From: Chloroflexota bacterium
Lineage (GTDB): Bacteria; Chloroflexota; Anaerolineae; Aggregatilineales; J027
Direction: 5' to 3'
DNA length: 48,548 nucleotides
NCBI GenBank assembly: GCA_003697365.1
Contig: RFGP01000077.1
Span: 1 to 48,548 of the forward strand
The position numbers and the translations under genes are program-made. This document shows, in pieces, positions 1-7,930 of the stretch (positions within the stretch are counted from its first letter, which is position 1; each line of letters starts with the position of its first letter). Under the pieces are notes generated by a model that was given only the letters and a program-made list of their open reading frames with translations, had not been told where the DNA came from and searched no databases.

Positions 1-1
1 A

Positions 2-118
2 GGGGTTCGCAATGCTAGTGAATCTAGTCGTTATCTTGTTGGGGGGGGTATCTATGTTTATGATACGGCTACAGATGCTGATTGGGATGCTTTTGCCGCG
101 TTTTGGTTGGATGAATAG
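2..118 (+). CDS. 3' end of a CDS truncated by the window edge
   Basis: Frame 2 is open from base 2 (GVRNASESSRYLVGGGIYVYDTATDADWDAFAAFWLDE) to TAG at 116-118, 12 nt before the rpe start. Confidence 0.5.
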   Translation, partial: GVRNASESSRYLVGGGIYVYDTATDADWDAFAAFWLDE

Positions 119-130
119 GATGTATGCATC

Positions 131-787
131 ATGACTTTATATAAAATTGCGCCCTCTATTTTGTCTGCTGATTTTGCACAATTAGGGATTCAAGTGAAAA
201 AAGCTATAGAACATGGGGCCGATCAAATTCATATTGACGTGATGGATGGGCGTTTTGTGCCTAATATCAGCATGGGAGCATTGGTTGTTTCTGCATTACG
301 TCCTCATACAACGTTACCACTTGATGTGCATTTAATGATTGTAGAGCCAGAGCGTCATATAGAATCTTTTGCAAAAGCAGGCGCTGATATTATTACGGTG
401 CATTTAGAAGCAAGCCCTAATTTACATCGTACTTTGCAGTATATTCGTGATTTGGGAGTAAAATCTGGTGTGGCTATTAATCCTCATACTCCCGCTGATC
501 ACATCGCTGAAGTATTGCATATGGTTGATAATATTATTGTGATGACGGTGAATCCGGGTTTTGGTGGACAGGCGTTTTTGCCTGAAATGATGCCAAAGGT
601 CACTCTATTACGTGAACGATTACAAGGGCGCAATGTAGACATTACCGTAGATGGTGGCATTGATGATGAGACAATTGCTGTTGCGAAAGATGCTGGGGCA
701 AATGTCTTTGTAGCAGGTAGTGCAATTTTCAACGCGCCAGAAGGCATTGGCCAAGCATTATCACGCTTGAAGAGCGCTATCGGATAA
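131..787 (+). CDS. rpe: ribulose-phosphate 3-epimerase
   Basis: Motifs IAPSILSADF, IHIDVMDGRFVPN, DVHLM, MTVNPGFGGQ, VDGGI, VAGSAIF. Confidence 0.97.
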   Translation: MTLYKIAPSILSADFAQLGIQVKKAIEHGADQIHIDVMDGRFVPNISMGALVVSALRPHTTLPLDVHLMIVEPERHIESFAKAGADIITVHLEASPNLHRTLQYIRDLGVKSGVAINPHTPADHIAEVLHMVDNIIVMTVNPGFGGQAFLPEMMPKVTLLRERLQGRNVDITVDGGIDDETIAVAKDAGANVFVAGSAIFNAPEGIGQALSRLKSAIG

Positions 788-797
788 AACTAAGATG

Positions 798-829
798 AAA
801 CTCGCCCAAATAAGGTTTTGGGCGAGTTT
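798..829. terminator. bidirectional intrinsic terminator between convergent rpe and ileS
   Basis: Perfect 13-bp inverted repeat AAACTCGCCCAAA / TTTGGGCGAGTTT with a 6-nt loop. Confidence 0.85.
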
Positions 830-838
830 TGTTAGCTA

Positions 839-3800
839 TTAAATGCGTTTAATAGCGAGCTTCAGCGTTTCCCCATCAAGTTCTAATGTCTCGATTCTGT
901 CGGCATCGTCATATAATGAGCTTTGCCATACTTCAGCGAGTGTTTCGCCCATAATGTAGTCTTTATGCACTTCTAGTGCTTTCTCAGCTTGGCCTTTTGC
1001 TTCATAAGAAAGTGCAATGCGATCACTGAGATCGTAATTGGCATCCTTACGCATATTTTGAATCGCTCGCACAATCTCACGTGCATAACCTTCTAGGATC
1101 AAATCTTCTGTTAGCTCTGTGGTCAGTGCTGCCATATAACCATGATCAGCAGCGACTGCGTAGCCTTCTTGCCCACTTTGGCTAACAATGACTTGTTCGG
1201 CTGAAAGAGAAAATGTCTTGCCATTTACTGATACTTCAATTGATTCGCCACTGAGTAAGGCTTCTCCCCATTGGCGTGCTTGTTCACCTTCAGCACTGAC
1301 GATTGCTTGCCGCACGGCGGGGAAATCGCCGCGCAATTCACGCCCTAAAGTGTCAATGGGCTTGAGCGAATAATTGACCATGCCCGCACTACTTGCTAGA
1401 TCAAGCACGCGCACTTGCTTGACGTTTAATTCATCGGCAATCATATCTGTTAGTTGCAGGATTTGCTCTGGGTCTTCATCAGAAGGCAGACCAAAACTCA
1501 CTTCTTTAAGTGGTTGACGAACTTTTAGCTTAGCATTGTTGCGTGCGGCGTGCCCTAAACTAACTACGCGCTTGACAACAGCCATTTGATGATTCAGTTT
1601 TGGATTAATCAGTGCTTCATCAAATTCTGGCCACATCGCGAGATGCACACTTCTGCTTTCATCGCCTTCTGTTGATAGGTTACGGTATATCGCTTCTGAC
1701 AAGAAAGGCATGGTTGGGGCCAATAATTTAGCAATCGTCAACAAACACTCATAAAGTGTCTGATAGGCCGCCAATTTATCTTGGCTATTATCGTTTTGCC
1801 AAAAGCGCCGCCGTGAACGACGAAGATACCAATTGCTTAAATTATCAACAAAACCTTCTATTGGTCGTGTTGCGCCTAGCACATCATAAGTTTCATAGGC
1901 TTGGGTTACATCACGTACAAGTGTATGTAACTCGCTAAGAATCCATTGATCGAGGAGATCGCGTTCAGCAACAGGAATTAAAGGCGTTTGAGGATCAAAT
2001 TGATCGACGTTGGCATACGATACGAAGAAGCTGTAAACATTCCACAAAGTCAAATAAAAGTTACGCAAAACTTCAGTGATGCCGGGAATGTCTTTGTTGC
2101 CTTTATTGTCATAACGCCAGCCAAAACGCTTTTGATCGCCCGGTTGGCTTGCTGTGAACATATACCAGCGCATAGCGTCTGCCCCATATTTTTCGATAAC
2201 TTCCCATGGGGAAACGGTGTTGCCTCGACTCTTCGACATTTTGCTGCCATCATCAGCCATAATATGACCTAGACAGATCACATTCTTATAAGCAACAGAG
2301 TCAAATACCATTGTTGCAATGGCATGTAGGCTATAGAACCATCCGCGCGTTTGATCCACAGCTTCACAAATATAGTCTGCGGGGAATTGTTCTTTGAAGA
2401 TTTCTTGATTATGTCGTGGGTATCCCCATTGAGCAACAGGCATCGCACCACTATCGAACCACACATCAATCACTTCTGGTACGCGGCGCATTGTTACGGT
2501 TTTACCGTTAACGGTTTCTTGCCAAGTGATCTCATCAACATAAGGGCGATGTAAATCTAGATCGCTAAGATCGCGGCCCACTTTTTGTGATAATTCTTCT
2601 ACACTGCCGATGCAAACAGCATAGTCAACTTCAGGATCATCAGCTACCCAAACTGGCAAAGGCGTTCCCCAATAACGCTCGCGTCCTAATGCCCAATCTT
2701 TAACATCGGCTAACCAGTTTCCGAAGCGTCCTTCTTTTACATGCTCAGGCACCCAGTTGATGGTTTGATTGAGTTCGACAAGTCGATCACGAAAATCTGT
2801 GGTGCGGATGAACCAAGTATCACGTGCAAGATACATCAATGGGGTTTTGTCGCGCCAATTATGAGGGTAATTGTGCTTATATTTGGTGAGATGGAAGACA
2901 AGCCCACGTTCACGTAAATCGCGTGCGATCACGTCATCCGCATCTTTAAACCACATACCCGCCACCAATGTAACTTCATCTTTAAACGTGCCATCAGAAT
3001 TTACAGTGACGATCACGGGTAAGTCATATTTTTGGGCGGAGGCCATGTCATCTACACCAAAGGCAGGTGCTGTATGAACAATCCCTGTACCATCTTCAAT
3101 GCTTACATAATCCGCAGCAATAATGCGATAGGCCTTGTCTTCATCTACTGGGAAGAAAGTATAAAGCGGTTCATAGCGTCGACCGACAAGGGCTTCACCC
3201 TTCATCTCAGCGACCACTTCATACCCACCATCTTCTTGAACAACTGGCCCAAGAACTTGTTCCACAAGGTTTTTGGCAAGATATAAATATTCTTCGGGGG
3301 CATCAGCTGACACTCGCCCTTTTAGTTTTACGTAATCAATATCGGCCCCTACTGCAAGTGCAACATTTGCGGGCGTTGTCCATGGGGTTGTTGTCCAACC
3401 AAGATAGTAGGTATTTTCTTCATCAACCGCTTTGAAGCGGATATAGATGCTTGGGTCTTCAATTTCTTCATAACCTAATGCAACCTCATGGCTAGAAAGT
3501 GCTGTTCCGGACGTAGGAGAATAGGGCACGACCTTATAGCCTTTATAGAGAACACCCTTATCCCACAGTTGGCGCAACAGCCACCACACGCTCTCAATAT
3601 AATCATTGGTCAATGTGGCATAAGCGTTTTCTAGATCAACCCAAAATGCGATGCGTTCAGTGAGTTCATTCCATTCTTTGATATAGGTGAAAACACTTTC
3701 ACGGCATTTAGCATTGAATTCTGCGATACCATAGCGTTCAATTTCGCTTTTTTGTTTGATGCCTAGTTGTTTTTCTACTTCAATTTCAACAGGCAGACCG

Positions 3801-4063
3801 TGAGTGTCCCAGCCGCCTTTGCGCAAGACGTAGTAGCCACGCATTGTGCGATAGCGCGGAAACATATCTTTAAACGAGCGTGCTAGAACGTGGTGACTGC
3901 CCGGCCGACCATTTGCTGTTGGGGGGCCTTCATAAAATACGTAGCGCGGCCCAGATTCCCTTTCGTGCATAGTACGTCGAAAAATATCATGTGCTTTCCA
4001 AAAAGAGAGGACTTCTTCCTCTAAGGCAGTAATATTGACATTCGGTGATACCGACTTGAACAT
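839..4063 (-). CDS. ileS: isoleucine--tRNA ligase, type 2 (IleRS2)
   Basis: YEGPPTANG followed by GSHH (HIGH-equivalent), GWDTHGLPVE, WTTTPWT editing motif, GTGIVHTAPAFG, DQTRGWFYSL, KMSKS; long type-2 C-terminus; RBS AAGGAGG. Confidence 0.97.
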   Translation of the reverse strand: MFKSVSPNVNITALEEEVLSFWKAHDIFRRTMHERESGPRYVFYEGPPTANGRPGSHHVLARSFKDMFPRYRTMRGYYVLRKGGWDTHGLPVEIEVEKQLGIKQKSEIERYGIAEFNAKCRESVFTYIKEWNELTERIAFWVDLENAYATLTNDYIESVWWLLRQLWDKGVLYKGYKVVPYSPTSGTALSSHEVALGYEEIEDPSIYIRFKAVDEENTYYLGWTTTPWTTPANVALAVGADIDYVKLKGRVSADAPEEYLYLAKNLVEQVLGPVVQEDGGYEVVAEMKGEALVGRRYEPLYTFFPVDEDKAYRIIAADYVSIEDGTGIVHTAPAFGVDDMASAQKYDLPVIVTVNSDGTFKDEVTLVAGMWFKDADDVIARDLRERGLVFHLTKYKHNYPHNWRDKTPLMYLARDTWFIRTTDFRDRLVELNQTINWVPEHVKEGRFGNWLADVKDWALGRERYWGTPLPVWVADDPEVDYAVCIGSVEELSQKVGRDLSDLDLHRPYVDEITWQETVNGKTVTMRRVPEVIDVWFDSGAMPVAQWGYPRHNQEIFKEQFPADYICEAVDQTRGWFYSLHAIATMVFDSVAYKNVICLGHIMADDGSKMSKSRGNTVSPWEVIEKYGADAMRWYMFTASQPGDQKRFGWRYDNKGNKDIPGITEVLRNFYLTLWNVYSFFVSYANVDQFDPQTPLIPVAERDLLDQWILSELHTLVRDVTQAYETYDVLGATRPIEGFVDNLSNWYLRRSRRRFWQNDNSQDKLAAYQTLYECLLTIAKLLAPTMPFLSEAIYRNLSTEGDESRSVHLAMWPEFDEALINPKLNHQMAVVKRVVSLGHAARNNAKLKVRQPLKEVSFGLPSDEDPEQILQLTDMIADELNVKQVRVLDLASSAGMVNYSLKPIDTLGRELRGDFPAVRQAIVSAEGEQARQWGEALLSGESIEVSVNGKTFSLSAEQVIVSQSGQEGYAVAADHGYMAALTTELTEDLILEGYAREIVRAIQNMRKDANYDLSDRIALSYEAKGQAEKALEVHKDYIMGETLAEVWQSSLYDDADRIETLELDGETLKLAIKRI

Positions 4064-4167
4064 AATCTCCTCCTTATTAAGTTAACCGTATATTTGATAG
4101 TTGGTAAAAATTAGCTTGTCCAACTGTCAAAATCGCTGCTCAAAACCTGTGTACTGGAAACATACAC

Positions 4168-4656
4168 CTAGTCATAAACGAGTATCCGAAACCGAGTAAA
4201 TGGCCCTTCAGGATAGTTGGTTGCAATATAAACTTCCCAACTATAACCTGTGACATCTTCATCTTTGGTGTAGCGGCACGAACCTAACGTTACAAAACTC
4301 TCTGTGGAATTTTGTGTGCCGTCAGGGTTACAAATGAAAGGTTGTGTTGTACAGCGTGCCCCATGTTCATAATAAAATGAGGCAATTTCGCACCCGCTTT
4401 TTTCAGTAGTGTAAAAGTAAGTTCGGCTTGCAGAGCCACTTTGCCCTTCTTCCTTTTCTAGTACGACATCATCTGGGATAGGGATTTCAGGATCACCGCC
4501 TAATACAATCTCAGAAAGCGGCCCAGCAATTTGTGTGAAGATATATGCAGTTATGATTAAGGCTAGAATGCCAAACGCTGCTATAACCCATAATGGTAAA
4601 AATGACGAACCTTGCGGTGCCTGTTCTGGTGAAGGTGAAGATTGCGTATTATCCAT
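4168..4656 (-). CDS. hypothetical single-pass membrane protein with Cys-containing extracytoplasmic domain
   Basis: TM segment FLPLWVIAAFGILALIITAYIF and four Cys. Start placed at MDNTQ (4656); the ORF track start is 4674. Confidence 0.75.
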   Translation of the reverse strand: MDNTQSSPSPEQAPQGSSFLPLWVIAAFGILALIITAYIFTQIAGPLSEIVLGGDPEIPIPDDVVLEKEEGQSGSASRTYFYTTEKSGCEIASFYYEHGARCTTQPFICNPDGTQNSTESFVTLGSCRYTKDEDVTGYSWEVYIATNYPEGPFTRFRILVYD

Positions 4657-4661
4657 GATTT

Positions 4662-5171
4662 TTATCCTTGCCACTGATCATTGGTGATGACAACAACTTC
4701 ACCTGTCAAAATACCATTTTCATCACGTATTGGCTTAATTTCTACTCGCGTGAATTGTGTGAACCCCAATAGTTCGTGTGATCGATCTTTTTGACAGACG
4801 TTAGTATGGAATTGTTCTGGGGTGGGCTCTGTTTGTTCGGACAAGCGAATGCAAGAATCCATCTGTTCAAGATAGAAAGCCTCAATATCCGCAACAAGCG
4901 AAGGACTCATACCAGCGAAAACCCCTTCATAGCGTTGTGTTCTTTGGGTGTCAGATATTTTCTCTTCACTAATGAGCTGTAAGCCCGGATAGTGGCGTAA
5001 GCGAATGGGCTGGCTTCGATCATTGCGCGCATCAATATATACGAATGCTGATATAAGCGTCACAACACCGATAAGGACAAGTAGGCCGAGTGTAATACGA
5101 ATGATCCAACTATCAAGACAGTTATAGCGCTCAATTTGTTCAACTGTGTTTGAAGTACGAACGTTACTCAT
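4662..5171 (-). CDS. hypothetical single-pass membrane protein
   Basis: TM segment IIRITLGLLVLIGVVTLISAFVYI; tightly packed with both neighbours. Confidence 0.75.
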   Translation of the reverse strand: MSNVRTSNTVEQIERYNCLDSWIIRITLGLLVLIGVVTLISAFVYIDARNDRSQPIRLRHYPGLQLISEEKISDTQRTQRYEGVFAGMSPSLVADIEAFYLEQMDSCIRLSEQTEPTPEQFHTNVCQKDRSHELLGFTQFTRVEIKPIRDENGILTGEVVVITNDQWQG

Positions 5172-5178
5172 AAAAAAT

Positions 5179-5961
5179 TTATACTTCCTTTTTTAATATT
5201 TCGCGCATTTTGACAACATCACTTGCAATACGTCGTCCATAGTCGCTGTTGGCATGACGACGCGCTTCTGTCTGCCAATAAGCAAGACCTGCAGCGTTTT
5301 TTTGCATGATGTTATAAGCGCCGAGCTGTTCTTCCTCTACTAAATTGTAGAGTAGATAGTTGATAAACAATGTTCGGTATTGTTCTAGGTTCAAAACACG
5401 AGCTGCGGATTGTGCTGTTCGGATAACGTCCTCTTCAGGGGCTTCTTGTAAGTGTAGGGCAAGCGCAATATCTGCTCGAATTGCCTTACGGCCGCCATTT
5501 TCTAATGCTTGTTGGAGCAACTCAATAGCTTTATCGTATTGACCTTGTACCATGCGGGTTCGCCCTAAGCCGAATAATGCTTGAACATGTTTAGGATCAT
5601 ACGAAAGTGCTTTTTCAAGATATGCAGCACTTTTTTCTAATTCTCCCATTTGCCGATAGGTATTTCCTAACAGCGCCAAAGCATCTGCAGAAATGTTTTC
5701 TTCGGGGATTGTCGATAGTAAATTCGCAGCAGCTTCAAAGTCGCCTTGTAAATAATATCGGCGAGCAGTTGTAATTGTTGAGGAATGTTGCCCCCAACCG
5801 AAAAGTATCCATAATTGCAGTGCCGCCATCAACACCCCTAATCCTATGACGATAGGCAGCATTTCTTCAGGGTCACGACCGCGTGTGATGAGAAAAATTG
5901 CGCCGCTAATAAGGGCGGTAACAATGAATGCTAAACGTAGGCGTGGGTCTTGTAAAATCAT
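5179..5961 (-). CDS. membrane-anchored TPR protein
   Basis: Two N-terminal TM segments; TPR patterns ALALLGNTYRQMGELEKSAAYLEKAL and ALFGLGRTRMVQGQYDKAIELLQQAL; ATGA overlap with the upstream gene. Confidence 0.85.
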   Translation of the reverse strand: MILQDPRLRLAFIVTALISGAIFLITRGRDPEEMLPIVIGLGVLMAALQLWILFGWGQHSSTITTARRYYLQGDFEAAANLLSTIPEENISADALALLGNTYRQMGELEKSAAYLEKALSYDPKHVQALFGLGRTRMVQGQYDKAIELLQQALENGGRKAIRADIALALHLQEAPEEDVIRTAQSAARVLNLEQYRTLFINYLLYNLVEEEQLGAYNIMQKNAAGLAYWQTEARRHANSDYGRRIASDVVKMREILKKEV

Positions 5962-6959
5962 TGTGCTGCCCCAAAGATTTTTTCGATAGAAATCTGATGA
6001 AATACAATGACCCGTTCTGCTAGATGAATATCTTCAGCGTATATGTGGCGCACCGTTTCCGCTTGTGAATCTTCAAGAATATTTTGCCATTCTTTTAGAC
6101 CGCGTTTTTGTTGTGCCACTTTTTTAAGGGTATTTTCGGCTTTTTCAGTTTGACCAAGTGCTGCATAGGCGCGTGCTTGCCATAAATAGCCTAACAATAA
6201 TAGGCGGCTCTCTCTTAAACCATGTGCAATGGCACGATCAATATAATCGATAACACTTTGATAGTTACCAAGTCGATCTTCGATTAGGGCTAAGTCATGT
6301 AATAATGCCGGGCTTGTTTGCGAACGTTCAAAAGCTAATAGGCTGTAATACCGTGCTTTTTCAAAATTCCCCATCTGCACATAAATAGCAGCTAAACCAC
6401 TATATCCACGCGGATCATTTTCATCTAGTGCGATCATTTTTTCATAGTCTTGAATTGCTGCTTGGGTTTGACCATCTAACTGAAATAAGCGCGCGCGGAA
6501 ATCTAGATGCTCAAGAACCTTTGGTTCAGCACGAATTAGTTCACTGATGGTATTGATTGCGGCTTGGTAATCTTGGTTGCGCATGTGCTTAATGGCTGTT
6601 TTGTATTCCATGATAGTTGGTTCACGGATGAAAAATTGGGCAGCTAATACCCATCCAAACGCGCCACCAAGCAGGAATGGCAACCAAGCGCTTGGTGCGA
6701 TCACTGCTAAAATGGCTAAGCCGAGCGCAGGTAAAATGCTAAAAAACAAACGGCGTTGACCATAAGGCCCTAATTTGCGCCCGATGATGATCGTCGCAGA
6801 TGCGAGAAACACGATGAATAGCAAGCTCTGGACTGTTATAACCCAGTCACCATCTGCTACAAATCCGAGCACAGCGCTGACAAGTCCTGTAAAAATCAAA
6901 GCAAGTATAAGGGCACGCACGTTGGCTGGCCCTAGCCATTGTTGAAAATCTCGTAACAT
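5958..6959 (-). CDS. multi-TM TPR protein
   Basis: Four hydrophobic N-terminal segments, then TPR repeats (GYSGLAAIYVQMGNFEKA, LLHDLALIEDRLGNYQSV). Confidence 0.85.
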   Translation of the reverse strand: MLRDFQQWLGPANVRALILALIFTGLVSAVLGFVADGDWVITVQSLLFIVFLASATIIIGRKLGPYGQRRLFFSILPALGLAILAVIAPSAWLPFLLGGAFGWVLAAQFFIREPTIMEYKTAIKHMRNQDYQAAINTISELIRAEPKVLEHLDFRARLFQLDGQTQAAIQDYEKMIALDENDPRGYSGLAAIYVQMGNFEKARYYSLLAFERSQTSPALLHDLALIEDRLGNYQSVIDYIDRAIAHGLRESRLLLLGYLWQARAYAALGQTEKAENTLKKVAQQKRGLKEWQNILEDSQAETVRHIYAEDIHLAERVIVFHQISIEKIFGAAQ

Positions 6960-6960
6960 A

Positions 6961-7440
6961 TCACTTCAACCGATACCAAAAATGATCGATAAATTCAGAG
7001 GCTCCCTTAGCTCGCCAAAATGCTTGTGCCATAGGGTGCAAATGCATAACCGCCACTTCTACTACTTTAATGTCTTGGGCAAGGAACCACTCTCGCATTG
7101 GGTTCAGCAGTGCCGTTCCTACGCCGCCAACATGAGCATGGCCATCAACACCCAGTTCGGCAATGTAGCCATATTTTTGTTGATAGTAGAATAATGGGCG
7201 TTCAAGAATAAGGCCGATCATAAATCCAATAATACGACTGTCTTTTTCTGCTATTAAGACGTGTGCAGCGGGGTCATCTAACCATGTATGAACTTGTTGC
7301 CGCCATAATTGCGGTGCATGAGATGTTATCCGCAAGCGCGGGTCCATCGTGGTTGCGATTTCATCCATAATGTCCGCCCACAATCCCTCTAACTGTTCTA
7401 GATCAGGGTGCATCGCGGGCCGTACTTGAAACGATGCCAT
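6961..7440 (-). CDS. GNAT family acetyltransferase
   Basis: IAELGVD..HVGGVGTALL motif A and AQAFWRAKG. ATG at 7440 follows GAAGGAG; the ORF-track start at 7470 lies inside the T-box terminator. Confidence 0.85.
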   Translation of the reverse strand: MASFQVRPAMHPDLEQLEGLWADIMDEIATTMDPRLRITSHAPQLWRQQVHTWLDDPAAHVLIAEKDSRIIGFMIGLILERPLFYYQQKYGYIAELGVDGHAHVGGVGTALLNPMREWFLAQDIKVVEVAVMHLHPMAQAFWRAKGASEFIDHFWYRLK

Positions 7441-7468
7441 ATCGTTTATTTGCTCCTTCGTTACCATC

Positions 7469-7503
7469 AAAAAAGCTCCCGTCCTTCAAGGGACGAGAGC
7501 TTT
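7469..7503 (-). terminator. T-box terminator hairpin
   Basis: AAAGCTCTCGTCC-cttgaa-GGACGGGAGCTTTTTT; mutually exclusive with the antiterminator AGGG-TGGAACC-GCGAGA...TCTCGT-CCCT. Confidence 0.9.
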
Positions 7504-7728
7504 CGGTCTCGCGGTTCCACCCTAGATTCTTCGTACCTAGTAGAAGTGTACGAAGCACTCAGGTCACTAAGATAACGGTCTAGTCGCCGCCGACGCTTAC
7601 TAGCGCAACAACGCGCGTTCGGGTCGGAACTCCGAAAGGATAACCAACAACCGTACTATGCTAGGCTTACACCGTCCCTAGCTCGCTGAAATAGCCATTA
7701 GGTTTGTTGGTCGTGTTTTCATCATCGT
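7469..7728 (-). promoter_or_regulatory. T-box riboswitch (transcriptional attenuator), probable Ile (AUC) specifier
   Basis: On the minus strand: Stem I with CAGCGAG AG-bulge and a GGTG-containing apical loop, ATC at 7641-7639, Stem II with GAA/AGTA, GACCGTTAT, Stem III, T-box AGGGTGGAACCGCG (7523-7510), and an overlapping terminator with a U6 tail. Confidence 0.92.
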
Positions 7729-7751
7729 TTTTTTGGTTCTATATGGTTTTT

Positions 7752-7780
7752 ATTCTAAATGAGAGATGTCTTACAGGCAA
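7752..7780 (-). promoter_or_regulatory. sigma70-type promoter for the T-box leader
   Basis: TTGCCT-17 nt-TAGAAT on the minus strand, about 25 nt upstream of Stem I. Confidence 0.7.
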
Positions 7781-7930
7781 TATCTTTTGGGCATTAAATT
7801 TTAGGGAAAGTGTTTTTGAGGTATTTTTTCGGTACAATACATTATTAGTAACTTGCATAGTTGATGTAAAATGGATGAAGCATTAAACCCTTGAGTTGTC
7901 TTTACAGAATAAGACAGGATGATTTAACTC

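Noticed and set aside
41-48. G8 homopolymer as a phase-variation tract
   Set aside because: It is short and in frame as Gly-Gly-Gly in the partial CDS; there is no evidence of slippage.
7704-7886. 60-aa ORF in the divergent intergenic region
   Set aside because: It overlaps the T-box 5' end and promoter on the opposite strand, is low complexity and has no RBS.
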